The notes under the pieces: model-generated
Seen by the model: only the letters and a program-made list of their open reading frames with translations
The model's database searches: none
Told to the model about the DNA's origin: nothing
Source: Cirrosporium novae-zelandiae
Lineage: Eukaryota
NCBI GenBank assembly: GCA_026023565.1
Contig: JAPETS010000031.1
Location: 248,001-312,000 of the forward strand
Direction of reading: 5' to 3'
DNA length: 64,000 nucleotides
Shown: piece by piece, positions 1 to 13,475 of the stretch
Layout: the number at the start of each line of letters is the position of its first letter
How positions within the stretch are numbered: position 1 is the stretch's first letter
Translations under genes and position numbers: made by a program

Positions 1-2642
1 TAAAAGATTAGATCAAAATCCCTTGATAATGTCTGTCTCCTCGAGAACTGTAGTGGACCTGCTCGCGTAACTAGATCAGGAACGGGGCTTGTCAAAAAGT
101 TAAGAAAAAACCATGAACATTCCCGTCTTACGTGCATTTTATGTCGGTCGGTCATGATCGGCCGTCATACTCGTTCCGGTTAGACCAAACTCCCTTCTCG
201 CTCCTCTTGACCCAAAATGGTATTTCTTTTCAGTTCGCCTCAATAACAAAATCTGTAATTCGGATACCCCTCACTGACATCTCCTTCCCCCTGGCCCCTT
301 CTATAATTGCTCTGGTCCGTTATTCTCGTATGATGCTCTCCAAATTCTTACAAACAATATTGTTGCCATCATTATTATCATTCACATATACCTTAAGCTA
401 GCCGTATATCTTAACCGAAAGTCTAGCCCTTGGCCTGCCTCAAGTACTTAATCCTACAAAACCTACACAGTTCCCTAAACTGTTCTGTATTGCTGTGGAT
501 ATATCTCGCTTATAATGCTCCGATATATTATTGGCAAACACCGAAGCGAGATGGCATGTTTGGATGCAGCAACAAACATGGCCGTGCATCTCGCACTGTG
601 TCGTGGATATGATCCCAAAAAATGTTTAGCCCACCGTCACAATAAGACGGTCAGGAAGCAGGAGAGGGCAATAGCTATGAAGATTGACCGTTAGAACGGT
701 GAAGAAGAGAGAAATGATAGCGAGAGCTAGTTACGGGTGACGTGAACTTGGGGACAGGATCAGTATACCTTTTTTCTTTTAGCATTGTTAAAAGCAAAAG
801 AGGATGGCTATCACGAGTGCTTGCAGCCCTGTAGACCACTGCACTGGAAAGTGATGAGCAGATGGTGAGTTTGAAATGTGGCTCGAAACAGGGGTGCTGG
901 CCCTACAAAGACCTTCCAGTCAGAGACCATGTGTTTGAAAACTCTACGGAAGAGATGATTCATTCATGCTCTGTTCCGAGATGATTATGATGTCTGAATT
1001 GAAGATGACCCTTTAAACTTTTCTTCCAAAGATAGAATTTTAGCCTGATCGGGCCGGCCAGCAATAATAAGTTTAGCGACCACGCTTATAGCCATTGTGG
1101 TAAGCCACTCGACGGTGAATATCTTGAAACGAGTGTATTCGGAAATTGTTAGAATGGTTAGAAGTATACTGTCCCTAACCAGAGTACCCACCAGTCTCAT
1201 TCATCTTGAAGCGGTCTTGGGAGAGTATAAGTTAGGGACTAAGAGGCAACCGGAATAGGAGTGTTTGCATCTTAATCACAAATATAGGTTATTCGCCGGA
1301 AAAGCTTTAACTACGATTTCGGAAACAAATAACATGCTCAATCTTCGCTGCAGCTATAGTCCGATATAATATATGCTGAGAATAGGAATGACCTGCGACA
1401 ATGAGTGTACCTTAAGACTACCAGAATATAGGGACAATGTTCTAGAGGGAGCCCTTTAAAGACACAACAAAGAAGCGGTGCGTTGGAGAACCACTGGATA
1501 GCTTCATGAAATCTTGAAACATAGCGCATCTATCTTGGAATACCATCAGAAGCCATAGAAGATTAACAAAACGGCTAGGTATCAGTTCTTGTCCATCGAT
1601 ATTGCAAAACTCAGCTAACCAACCTTAATTTCAATGTCAGGCAACACACCTTAGACTCCCAGCCAGCCACCGTTATTATAAATGCGTTTATAAATGGACA
1701 AAGAGTCAATCCAAGGATAAGAAGGGTCATGGTGCATGCAATGATAAACTTGCTTCCATCGGACAAGCCCATCAATAAGTGGACTGGAAGTTCAACCCAA
1801 CATGAATTCAAGGGCACACTCCACAAAGCGACTTGAAAATTCTCAAGTACTGTTGGAGATGGAAAGATGCGTAGCTGCTTACAACACATAAGTAGAGGGA
1901 TGTGAGGGAAATGAATAGCAGCTAGTGTGCGAAGACATCAACCGATTGTGATGATAAGTGTTGTCTTGATTGTCTATCTAATGTGAGTAAGAATAGCTGA
2001 GTATGTTGCGAGTTCATGTTTCGTTGAACCATATTTGATGAGGATCTCGTCAACTTGGGGGTTTCCTATTGGTGGAGGTTGTTCAACGATCGATGCACCA
2101 TCAAGAGAATGAAAGAGCCACAGATTAATTGATGCTGCATATAGGTTTGGGGTCGTTTTGGGGTGCGGAGTGTGTATTTCCTTATTAAGGCACGAAGCTA
2201 AAGGATTTGGATATCTAACCCAACTTGCGGGTTCGTGGGGTTAGGCCGCTTAACCGGTACGGCCGAGAGTGGTTTGCATATTTGATGGTGCATTATATCT
2301 TTGGATAAAAATGAAAATGAAGGCGACCAGACCCAGACAAAGTGACCTTGAGGAGGCCTTCAAACAAAACCGATTTTTAATAAAATCTCGATTTGAAGGC
2401 CTCCCCAAGGTCAACTTTTCTAGATTTAGTCTCTCATTTTTAAGCGACTGCGCACCATTAAACATGCGGACCACCCTCGGGCCTTCTCAATAATATTTTT
2501 CCGACCAACACGACATTGACACCGCAACACTAGCAATAAATTAATAAATACCTAGGGAGTCAATTGGTAGATAATACTTAAGGTAGATGTTTTGGATAAA
2601 GCCCTTTGGCCTTGTAATGTCATATCATCAAATGTGCCAACC

Positions 2643-4152
2643 ATGACGCCGAGTCCTCCAACCCCATCCACTCACTCTCCTTCTTCAAGTAATAGTGCTG
2701 AGGAATGTGTAGAAAAGGAACCTCAATCTTTAATCAGCCGTGTCTTCCGTTGCATCACCACCATCTTCGAATTTATACTTGCCCAATGGCTGGTAATTGG
2801 GAGTGGTCTTGCCTGCTTACTCGCATATTTCTTCCCAAGTTCGCCTATCCCCATTATTTTCTCCAGCTCTTCAAAACACCAGAAATGTTGCAGTGACTGA
2901 CTATGGATGCTGTGACTTGAAGATGTTGCAGCAACTGGGGGCATAATCCACTCCCAGTTCTCAATTCTTTATGGAGCCGTGACCATCATATTTTTGGTCA
3001 GCGGCCTCAATATTCCTCATAAACACCTTGTTAGTCAGATAACCCAATGGCGCATCCATCTGATTACCCAAATCACCTCTTTCGTCATTATTCCTGCAGT
3101 TTTTCTTGGTATGTCTTTCTTGAATTTTAGAGACTTACTTGCCTTGTGGCCCTGTGGTAATTGTTTTAGCTCTGGTTCATATTATGGCTATTGGTGGTCG
3201 TATCAACACTGGAATCCTTACTGGCATTGTCGTCGTGAGCTGCATTCCAACCACCATTTCTTCCAACGTCGTCATGACACGTATGGCTGGTGGTGAACCT
3301 TCAGCAGCAATGATTGAAGTTGTGATTGGGAATGTATTGGGCCCATTCATAACCCCAGCAATGACAGTTGGATTCATTCCCAAAGATCCAACTTTTAGCT
3401 CCTGGAGGCCTGTTGAGAACTTTGGTTTAGCTGGCCTGTACCGACATGTTTTCATGCAGCTGGGTTTGAGTGTTCTTCTCCCCTTGTTTGTGGGTCAAAT
3501 GATTCAATGGGCCTTTCCCGTTCGCACAAAATGGGTAGTTGACAAATTCTATCTCACCAAGATCAGTACATTTTGCCTCACCCTGCTAATCTGGTGAGTT
3601 AGTTCCTACATCTCACTACACTGTCACTGAACTTCCTGAAGGTCAACATTTTCAACATGCTTTGCCACTGATGCACTAACCATTGTGCCCCCTTCCTCGA
3701 TCATCTGCGACGTTTTCCTCAATATGGCAACATATTTATTTTTTACCGGGTTAGCTTTTATGCTTTGTCGCCCCCCCAAAGCTCTTCGTGCATGGGACCC
3801 ATTCCCACTTTCGCCCCCAGTCCATTTGCCAAAAGGCTTTAGCTGGCTTGGTGATTTAGTATCAACTAAATCTTTGTTTCGCCAGCTTTCGAAACGTGAG
3901 ACTATTGCGGTATGCTTCTGCGCAGCTGCCAAGACAACCGCGTTAGGAATCCCTATGGTGGCTGTCCTATGGAAAGGCGCAGACAACACAATTCGTAGTC
4001 AGATACAGATCCCGGTTGTGCTTTACACAACGGAGCAAATATTTTTTGCTCAGGGATTTGTCCATCTCTTTCGGTGGTGGATGCGAAGAGGTGATGACTC
4101 TGAGCCGGTAGTTCAAGCTCCGGATGAAACGGATGCTGTTCAGCTGTCATAA
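2643..4152 (+). CDS. Sodium/bile-acid symporter-fold (SBF-like, SLC10A7/RCH1-like) membrane protein, 4 exons (2643-2838, 2923-3108, 3170-3593, 3642-4152)
   Basis: GT..AG introns join four track ORFs into one hydrophobic protein: ...LLAYFFPNVAATGGIIHSQFSILYGAVTIIFLVSGL..., SCIPTTISSNVVMTRMAGG, EVVIGNVLGPFITP, CFCAAAKTTALGIPMV, IPVVLYTTEQIF. These are motifs of the fungal RCH1/SLC10A7 family. Confidence 0.9.
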
Positions 4153-4712
4153 ACCTGGATTATACTGCTTCCACCGGCCCATGATGCGTTAATCCGACAC
4201 CGCTGTGCATACTTGTATCTTCTAACAATCATAGTTTGATAATGACCTGATTGGACTTGATAAAATGAACTTTGAGTAGCTCTGAGCGAGGAGTTAAGGC
4301 ATTGATTGCTCTGATTTTATTTCATGCAAAAGGGTGTGATATTAATACAAGTACGGGTCTTGAAAGAAATTACGGGGATATGGATATGAAACATGAAACG
4401 AGATGTCTGCAGCATAGACTAGGATGTAACAAATCATTTGGACTGGGATCAGGATGGATGGTCGAGTGCGGGCCAAGAAGCAGTGACTTGGGACATGATT
4501 CCTTTGCCGTTCCAACTTCACTTGGTTTTTTGTTTATGGGGGTCTTTTTCTTAAGGGATACATTCTATCCGTCAATAACACTCAGACAAGTCCTTTGAGT
4601 CGTTGGCAGTGTATTTATCTCATAGAAGGAAGGTTATACTCTAGTATTTTATGACCTTACCATGTAATTACTCAATCAAACAAGGACCCTCTGGAGCTAG
4701 CCAATTGTTCCT

Positions 4713-5433
4713 TTAATCTAATGAGTACCCGCTCTTTTGTACTGCTTTTTTATAAGTCTCAGACTCATGGCAATTCTTCAACCAACCTTCTATCTTCTCC
4801 CACCTCTGCCCATCTGTTCCGACATTTTTCTTCAAGGTCAAGTTCACACCATATTCCATCATTGTATCCGCAGCAGTGATTTTATCGCCCATCAAAAACT
4901 TCCCACCTCCCTTCCGTAACTCTTCTTCCAGCCAATTCAAATCGTTTTTGAGGTTAGCAGTCATGTGGCCAAGCATTGGAGAAAGCGTGCCCCTAGTACA
5001 GAGGATTGCAATCGCATGCATAACAAACGTAGCTTCGGATGCGTGGATCCATTCGCGGATACGAACTCGAGGGATTGTATCTTTAGGCAACAATCGATTC
5101 TCTTTGTCATAAGTCTCGAGAAGATATCTATATAATCACTACATCAGCGAAAGATTGTCCTTTTTCTAAGAGGGTTTGACGTTCTCGGGTGTCAAAATTG
5201 TAGGAAACCTACTCGGTAATGGCACCACTTTCTATAATGGTCAAATCTCCATCTTTGAGAGTTGGGCTTCTACCAAGGTAGGTTCCACTTTTGGCTTTGA
5301 AGGCTTTCGGGGCATGGAAATTTTCCAGGTCAGCAAATTCAATATTGTAAGGGATATTAAGTTCCTCCAAAAGCCAGGCAATGCGAATGCTTCGAGAGGC
5401 TTGTAGGAAATAAAGTGTCACGGGAGGAGCCAT
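4713..5433 (-). CDS. Glutathione S-transferase (fungal GTT-like), 2 exons (5433-5213, 5127-4713)
   Basis: GST N-domain: MAPPVTLYFLQASRSIRIAWLLEEL...LGRSPTLKDGDLTIIESGAITE|YLLETYD. C-domain: FLMGDKITAADTMM. The GTAGGT...TAG intron restores the frame. Confidence 0.9.
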
Positions 5434-6218
5434 GGTTGGTATAAGATGCACGAGTATTCTAATGACTGTAATGAAATTGTGTAAATAGAGATCATTGGAG
5501 GAAAAGGAGAGAAGAGAATAACTTTAAATATGGATCCCATTCTCGAATTTCTTCTCTCTTGAGGCAGATAGGTTGGTAAATTCAATTGGAAGCGGAATGA
5601 TTCCTAACCCATAGGAGGTCGGAGTTGGGGCAACCAACTCCCCGTTGGTTGTTTTATACTCAAGTCCCCATAAAGAATGATAGTTCCTAGAATTAAGTGG
5701 TTACTTCGGTAACTAGTGACGGACGTTGTATCTCAAAAGAAACCAAGAAGGGAGGCTTTTTAGATTATAAAACCTTATCAGATAATCCTTGGTGCCTGAG
5801 GATCTCCTGGCTGCCTGATTACTGTGTAAGAACTCGGCACGCTCAGTCAGACTGGCAGTCAGCGAACATACTTCTGTGTTAGGCGTTCATAATCATTGCA
5901 AAAAGAAACAACAAGTAATTTCTAGGAGCAATCTTGGAGGATAAATATTCTTTGTATTTTTCAGAGATAGCTTCCCGTTCTACTCTTCCACCTGTCTCGG
6001 TGTTGAAAATCGACGCTCTCCTAATAAAATCATCTAGAAGGTCAAAGTCTTAATACAAGCAAAGCCTGCGTTACATAGACTTGAGTGACATCACCAATTG
6101 AATATTATTGACATCATTGTGCAGATAGACAAAAGGACTTTGACCCCCTAGGCAATTCTATATAGTTCGCAGCTGCTATCTTGGAGGAAGATCCTAACCA
6201 ACTTTACAAATAACCATT

Positions 6219-7162
6219 ATGGAATCTCAAAAGGTCATCATCTTGATGGCAGATTATGGGCACGACCCTACCGAAACAGCTGTTCCTTATTCTACCTTCA
6301 AAACGGCAGGATGGGATGTACAATTCGCAACAGAGAATGGCCAAACCCCAAATTGTGATAAGAAAATGCTTACTGGGTTGACCCAAAAGCTTTTGGCAAG
6401 TCATCCTTATGATAGCACTCATAATCTACGTCTGGGAGGATAAGACTAACCACACAGTAAATGTATGTGCAGGGAGCCAATTGTCAATCCGTCCAACTCT
6501 ACAAGTCCATGACGGAGGATCCAAACTTTCAAAAGCCGCACGCATGGACCGAACCCAACTTTTCCTTGGATGTCTACGATGTTGTCTTTCTGCCCGGTGG
6601 TCATGATAAAGGAGTCCGGCAAGTAATTGACTCGCCAGTAGTACATAAACTACTTGCAGCCTACTTCCCACAGACCAAAAAACCTTCACGAAAGACGGTA
6701 GTGGCAGTGTGCCACGGCGTCATGGCTCTTGCCAGAGCTCGGAATTCAGATGGGAATAGTGTGCTTCACGACGTACACACCACAGCCTTGCCAGGATTTA
6801 TGGAACAATCCATTTTTTGGGCAACGCGAGCGTTTCTAGGTGACTACTATAAAACTTATGGTGCTGGATCGGAGAGTGTGGAGCAGGATGTAAGTACCCT
6901 GATTATCCCTAATGTCAAGATGGACTATTGAGGACTACTAGGTTAAATCCCACCTTGGCAATCCAAAGATACAATACCATAACAGTCTTTCCATGGGCCC
7001 GTGTGTATATACCACGAACAATTCATAAATATCCAACTAACACAGAACAGATTCATTCATGAGGATGAAAATTACAATTACATCAGCGGAAGATTTCCTC
7101 CTGATGCCCAGCTCTTGGCCGAAAAGACGATTGCATTGGTGCAACGCAATGCTCTTTTATAA
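6219..7162 (+). CDS. DJ-1/PfpI (ThiJ) family, class I glutamine amidotransferase-like protein, 4 exons (6219-6395, 6473-6889, 6942-7000, 7051-7162)
   Basis: Motifs YGHDPTE, YDVVFLPGGH, nucleophile elbow AVCHG and C-terminal YISGRFPPDA. Intron 1 uses a GC donor (GCAAGT); introns 2 and 3 are GT..AG. Confidence 0.88.
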
Positions 7163-9858
7163 GGTCTATTTAGTTCACCTTATGCTCGGAGCGTTTCCTG
7201 GAGCCCATTACTTATTTTAGGTATCACAACCTGCGAAAGTACAAATACTAGGATGCAATTTCTTGCTCTAATGATAGTAGTAATAATATATGAAGATTTG
7301 ATTATTTATCTGTCATTTGCGCCTTTTGTCACTCTCATCGCAACGTCGTATACCGAGTGACCGGGAGTTGGCAAGTTTAACATGATGTGAAGACGTATCA
7401 CATTTATTCCATTTGATCATATTTTATTTTTTTATCACATAGAGAGGAACCGGCCGAGGTGCGCCCCAGCCACCCCCCCAAGAGCCACTTCTCGTATTAT
7501 AACATGATACAGGACATGACCATTATCTATAAACCTACTGACCGAGAAAACCTTCATGGTTAATGCCGCTGTCTGCATTTAATAATTTTTTTAGAAAAGT
7601 CGTCTGATATCTTTTGCGCTGGACCTGCAAAATCGGAGGCCATTGATACCGACTCTGCTAATCGGTGATGCCGATGTTAACGGTATCCTTGTCATACCTT
7701 TTGTTGCCTTGACACTAATGCATGTACCCGTTTGTCAGTCGGACCCAAGCACTTGGTAGTGAGGTGGCTGATTTCTAATGAGAATGATTGAGGATAGATA
7801 CCACCATATGTACGGTACCAAGCAGGAAGTATTTAATTCGAGAAATTATAACCAAGGATAAAAAGGTACTTTCCTGCTAACAGATTAAGCGTCGTGTTAT
7901 GCATATGATACTCGACGATCATCGTGATTAAGGTCGTTTGGGCATGTACTTGAGTGGGTATATAGTTCTATGTTAATTTATCTGTTTGCTGTTTTCTACA
8001 GTTATTGGTTAGCCAATCTACCCTGGATCTGTAATGCCAAATCTAGTCAAGCAAAAACTACCGAATTATTTGGATGGGTCAAGAACGCAATATACCATGT
8101 TTTTGTTTTTTTTTTCCACAGAAGAGCTTGAGTATAGAGTAGAAGATGGGTGTGTTGGTATATTTTGGGAAACGGGAGGGAAGAGCAGCAGTGCTTTGCT
8201 GAGAAATAAGATCTGGAGATAGATGGATGCTTTCGATACAATCAATGCCTATGCCTGCATCTTTGGATATAAACTTCAAGCGACCCATTTAAACCTTAAA
8301 CCATGCTCTTGAAACAAAACCGCCTTCGGTTCGTAAGCTGTGTCGTCGTCTAATAAGTTACGTTTTTGTCATTCTTTTTTCTGAAATGATGCCCTCTCTC
8401 CACCGCGACATAGCTTCCCAACAACCCAGCTAACTACTATGCACACAATTCTCCTCGCTCACGGACCGACCCCGCTCCTGTTCTTCGGAAGGGGACGGTA
8501 TTATTGTTTGATCTCATGAATCAATCCTATTATGCCTTGATCCAAGAAAATAAATGTACAAAGCAGGGTCCCTAGGCAAGATAAACGACCAAACATATGG
8601 TCTGTAGATCATGGTGTCATTAAAAGGGACGAAAAGGCCCGTGAATTAAAGGACTCGGCGCATCGAATGCTTTCTCTACACCTAGCCTTACTGTAGCTAA
8701 TTATAGTAGAAGATCAAAGATAACAGGTGGTCTAATCACTAGTAGATTGTTTAGTTGGAGATCAGATAAAGACACCATGTTATGCAAAAATAACATGATA
8801 ACTAACACGCATCGCTAGATGTCAATTAATAGAAGCAGTCAGGGGAATGCGAGTACTCTACTCTACTCAGTGCAGTACAGTCCAGTCCAGTGCAGTACAA
8901 TCGAGTACAGCTGTGGACGGGCTATCTGATACACCGGACCTGGAGGACTCGTGTACGGTATTCATCAACATCCAATTCCAGGAGTAGGTGGTAACTGTTG
9001 AATTGTGGAGCTTTTTGGGATGGTTTGTGTCTGTACGTCTCCCCGGAAGGTATATTGAACACCTGTGGATTCCGACTGGCGGACTGGCCTGAGGTTTCCT
9101 TGCGGAACAGCGCCACAGCGGGCTCAGCGGGCTGGTTCCCTCAACGGCCGGATCCACATCGGTTCCATGCAATTGGCATCTGAAAGAATCTCCTTTTCAT
9201 GGATAATAAATCAGAAGTAACTATTAACCACCAAGAGCCCCACCTTTTTATTGCATCTTTGATCGCAATCATCATACTCACCCCAGCATTCATCATGATT
9301 GGATTATTTGACTACTTGGTTGCAAGGAATCTGAGACTCTGGGATTGTGCCATCGCTGCTATCGCTGCCATCGCTGGGTCGTACCTTTCGGAATATCACT
9401 TTGGTTCCAAATCTTTTTCAGCTTCGTACTCAAAAACATGCTTCCTTCTCTCAATTTCTGATTATAATTCTGTTCCCTGTGATAACTATCAACAGCTATC
9501 ACATTCTCGCTCATTTCCTCCACCTCCATACATAACAATACCATCATTTTTGTTGCCCCAAGACAGCCCTTTTTCCATCTTGTGAGTCTAGGACTTATAT
9601 CTTCTACAACATCAATTGGCAATTCCTTGAGGCCGTTCCACCGTTCTCATCTTGTCGGTCCACACCTCCCACCCAGTCGCATCACACTAATTATGCATCT
9701 AGGTGTGCTTGGATACATAGTTGCTTACCTAACCTTGATGACCTGGAACTCTTGTCGCAATTGTCGATAAACCGCCAATTGAGCATAATTGCTACGTATC
9801 GACAAACATATTCTGAAACGGTTTTCGGTGGTGATCCAACTAGCGCTACGGGAGTTAT

Positions 9859-12574
9859 ATGTCAATGCTTCCGAGCTCCACGTCCGGCAACGAAGCCGGC
9901 GAAGGAAGTTCTAATCAAACTGGCGAGAACCACCCTAGAGGAGCTCAACGAGTCAAGTTCTCTAACATTGACCACTCGAGGCGGAGGAGCAAATCTCCGA
10001 GTGGAGACGAAAGTCATGGTAGGCGATCAGGACTAATTCCTAGCTTTCGATTACCAAAACGAAAACACAAGCACAAGGGTTCTGCTAGCTCGATCAAGCA
10101 TACCAGCGATCATGATGCCGATGCAAATCCCTTACAATCGTCAGCTGAGGTTAATACGTCGGAAATCGAAAATTCGAGCGAAGACGATCAGGAAGAAGAT
10201 AGGCCACGACTCTCAGCCCAAACACGAGCGCTGCTACGAGCGTCATTGCCCAGAAGTAGATCTCCTCTCTCGAGGAGGAGTTCGGCCGAGACTCTATCTA
10301 CTCCTTTAAGAGACCCCCCCTCCCCTCCCCTCACCCACTCATCGGCTGGGGTGCTTTTCAACGCAGATGATATACCGCTCATGGGCATGGGACCGAAAAG
10401 GCAGTACAATCCTTTAACTAGGGACGATGGCGAAGGATCACCGACGCCCTCGAGGCCAGTTAGAGGGAAAAGCACCTCGGAAGCGCACCATCTAGTCCGA
10501 GCAATGACAGGGCAGGGAAATCAATTGGGTCAAGGAAAAGTCTCCCCTTCTGGCTGGCAGGCTGGTCAAATGACCCCAGATCTTGAGAGAGGCTTTAGCG
10601 ACTATGTGGAGAGACCTGATCAATATCATGGGGGCATTTTATCCTCCCTTCTAAAGCTTCATCAGCCGCACGAATCATATCCGATGCACTCAGTTCCGAT
10701 TGAATCAAATCCTCTGAATTCCCGCCATCATCGTGACCGGTCTCGACCTCGGCCTGTGAGTATGGGAGAGATGTCGGCCAACACCCTTACCGCTACTAGC
10801 TCTCGTGAATCTTCAGGCAGAAGTACCCCAAGGCATAATGGGCCAAAATGGTATGAGAAGCCAGCAAACCAGTCTGTTTCATCTCTAGCCCCTTTGATCA
10901 ATGCGTCCACGATGATAGGTGGCATAAGTAGAAGTGATTCTCCGGTTGGATTTGGACGTCCAGCAATGCATGATAGATCTCAAAGTGGGGGTATTTTGGA
11001 TATGGCAATGCATAAGGTGAAACCAGGACTTGACGATGAACTTCGGATCACATTTCAAATCGCAGATATTCTTTCTCGGCAACAATACCTGGTTAAACTG
11101 TGTCACGCCTTGATGAGATACGGTGCTCCTACTCACAGGTTAGAAGAATGCATGAGTATGACAGGTATGTGATTGACATAAAATTCCTTGATGGAATGTT
11201 TGAACCACAAAAAGCTTGAAACCAACATTGCGTTTGCGCTACCGTGAGGTTGGTAAAACCAGCGGTGCCCTTGTATATTTGTGGTCAGACATTCGGACAC
11301 CTCATTTGTATCATTAGATCCCAATGATGTTAGTATATGCTAATTCTTGTTTAGCTAGGGCTCTAAAGATCCAAGGCCAATTCTTATATATACCAGGGTG
11401 CATGATTATTTCCTTGGATGACCCTAGCACACATACCGCAGAAGTAAAACTCGTCAAGGTCGCGCAAGGAGTGGATCTAGGAAAACTCAATGATACGCAC
11501 GATATCTATAAAGAAGTTGTGCATCGCATTACAAAGGTTGAAGAAGCAACCCAACAACTCGATGATATCAGGGATCGCAAGGCCAAGTTCCCTACTTGGC
11601 TTCGTGTTATAGTCTATGGCATCGCATCGGCGAGTGTTGGTCCCTTTGCCTTCAAAGGCCGCCCTATCGATATGCCTATTGCCTTCATTCTAGGCTGTAT
11701 TCTTGGCCTTCTTCAGTTGGTCCTAGCACCTTCTAGCCCTCTATATGCCAATGTTTTTGAAATCTCTGCTGCCGTTTTCACCTCATTCCTCGCCCGTGCT
11801 TTCGGCTCTATCTACTCCGGAAACAATGATAGCGGCGACCGCATCTTTTGTTTTTCGGCTCTTACGCAGTCGGCGATTTCCCTAATTCTGCCTGGATACA
11901 CAGTGCTTTGTGGTTCCCTGGAGCTTCAATCGAAGTCCATCATCGCTGGCTCGGTCCGAATGGTCTATGCCATCATATACTCCCTTTTCCTCGCTTTTGG
12001 GATCACCATTGGTACAGGTATTTATGGGGCCATGGACGCGAATGCTACTTCGGCCACCACATGTCCTTCCCAGGGTAGATTAAACAACTACCAAAATTCT
12101 ATTTTCGCTGCTACTTTCACTCTATGCCTGGCCATCATCAACCAGGCTAAATGGAAGCAAGTACCTGTCATGGTTGGCATCTCTTATACTGGTTACACGG
12201 TGAACTATTACTGTAAGACGTATGTGTTCAAGAATACCCAAATTGCCAACACCCTTGCCGCCTTCGCAATTGGGGTGCTTGGAAATCTGTATTCTCGTTT
12301 TCGCCACGGTGTTGCAGCTGCGGCCATCCTCCCGGCGATTTTCGTCCAAGTTCCCTCTGCGATATCATCGGCGGGATCCTTTGTTAGCGGTATTACATCG
12401 GCGGATCAACTTACGGGCAACACGAACTCGACCAGTAGCGCGAGCACTGATTCAATATTCGAGGTTGGATATGGTATGATACAGATAACAATTGGGATTA
12501 CCGTGGGATTATTCATGAGTGCTTTGGTGATATACCCTTTTGGGAAACAAAGAAGTGGTTTATTCAGCTTTTGA
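9859..12574 (+). CDS. PRM10-like / DUF1212 (ThrE threonine-serine exporter-like) membrane protein with long disordered N-terminus, 2 exons (9859-11164, 11355-12574)
   Basis: The join gives LCHALMRYGAPTHRLEECMSMTARALKIQGQFLYIPGCMIIS. Also LILPGYTVLCGSLELQSKSIIAGSVRMVYAIIYSLFL, PAIFVQVPS and C-terminal YPFGKQRSGLFSF, typical of fungal Prm10. Confidence 0.9.
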
Positions 12575-13475
12575 AGGATCTTGCCAAATCTGCTACTGGG
12601 TTTTATGAAGGCTGGTCACCGTACCTTGTACGGTGTTTTTTGGTTATCTTGTATTTGAGCGCGTTGATATTACCGTGATGCGTTTAACTCTGGTGAAATG
12701 CTCTTAGACTTTTCGTGTTATAGATTGATGGGTTATTTTATGGTCTGAGGCTGGGAATGTTGGACCAGGAGGCACAGCCGCAGAGTCGAGAAGTGATATG
12801 TTGAACTATTTTAGAAGTGTAGATAGATGTGGTGCCGCATGCGGTACCTTGCATAACCGGAATTTGCATTAACCCTTAACCTGGCCCCACTACGAGTACT
12901 CTGCTCACCCCTGCAGCCGAGGATATTAGTCGACGGGTTGAAGTAACATCGGCATATCGGCCAAGGCGGAACAGACGGGGGATTAGTTTTAGTGAATGAT
13001 TTGCCTTGGAGGTTGTACTAAGTAATTAATCACTTAAGCATATAATGCAAAGCTTACACCGTATACAGGACACAGAACACGGTACCCAGCATATACGATG
13101 AAGAGCTGGATGGTGTGATTAATAGGTTCCTGACGTGGTATATTTACCTTACCTGGCCATTGGGAATCGGAAGATTTTTATTTGTATGAAGAGGATAATT
13201 ATGCTCATGCATGCTGCAAGTCGCTGTCTGGTGATATCCGACCCCTCTTATCGTCTCCCCTGCTGATCAAGAGTCCTTCATTCCCTTTCCTCTCCGGGAA
13301 ACTAATCTATAAACCTAGCTAGCTTCCTGTTGCATTCCCTATCAACAAACCCCCATTCCCCGTCGTCGTTCTTTTTGACCTTTTCTCTGTATTTCTGACT
13401 TGTTCGCTGCATTTCCTTGTGCATATCAAATCCCAGAGCTCACAACCTCATTATATTTCCTGGTTCTGTCTTAGC

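Noticed and set aside
9199..9585. 128-aa hydrophobic ORF upstream of the PRM10-like gene
   Set aside because: No recognisable family, and the pyrimidine-rich composition fits a promoter or 5' UTR. It could be a uORF but I cannot support that.
11165..11354. Structured RNA or snoRNA in the 190-nt PRM10 intron
   Set aside because: Only a weak hairpin is visible, with no convincing C/D or H/ACA box arrangement.
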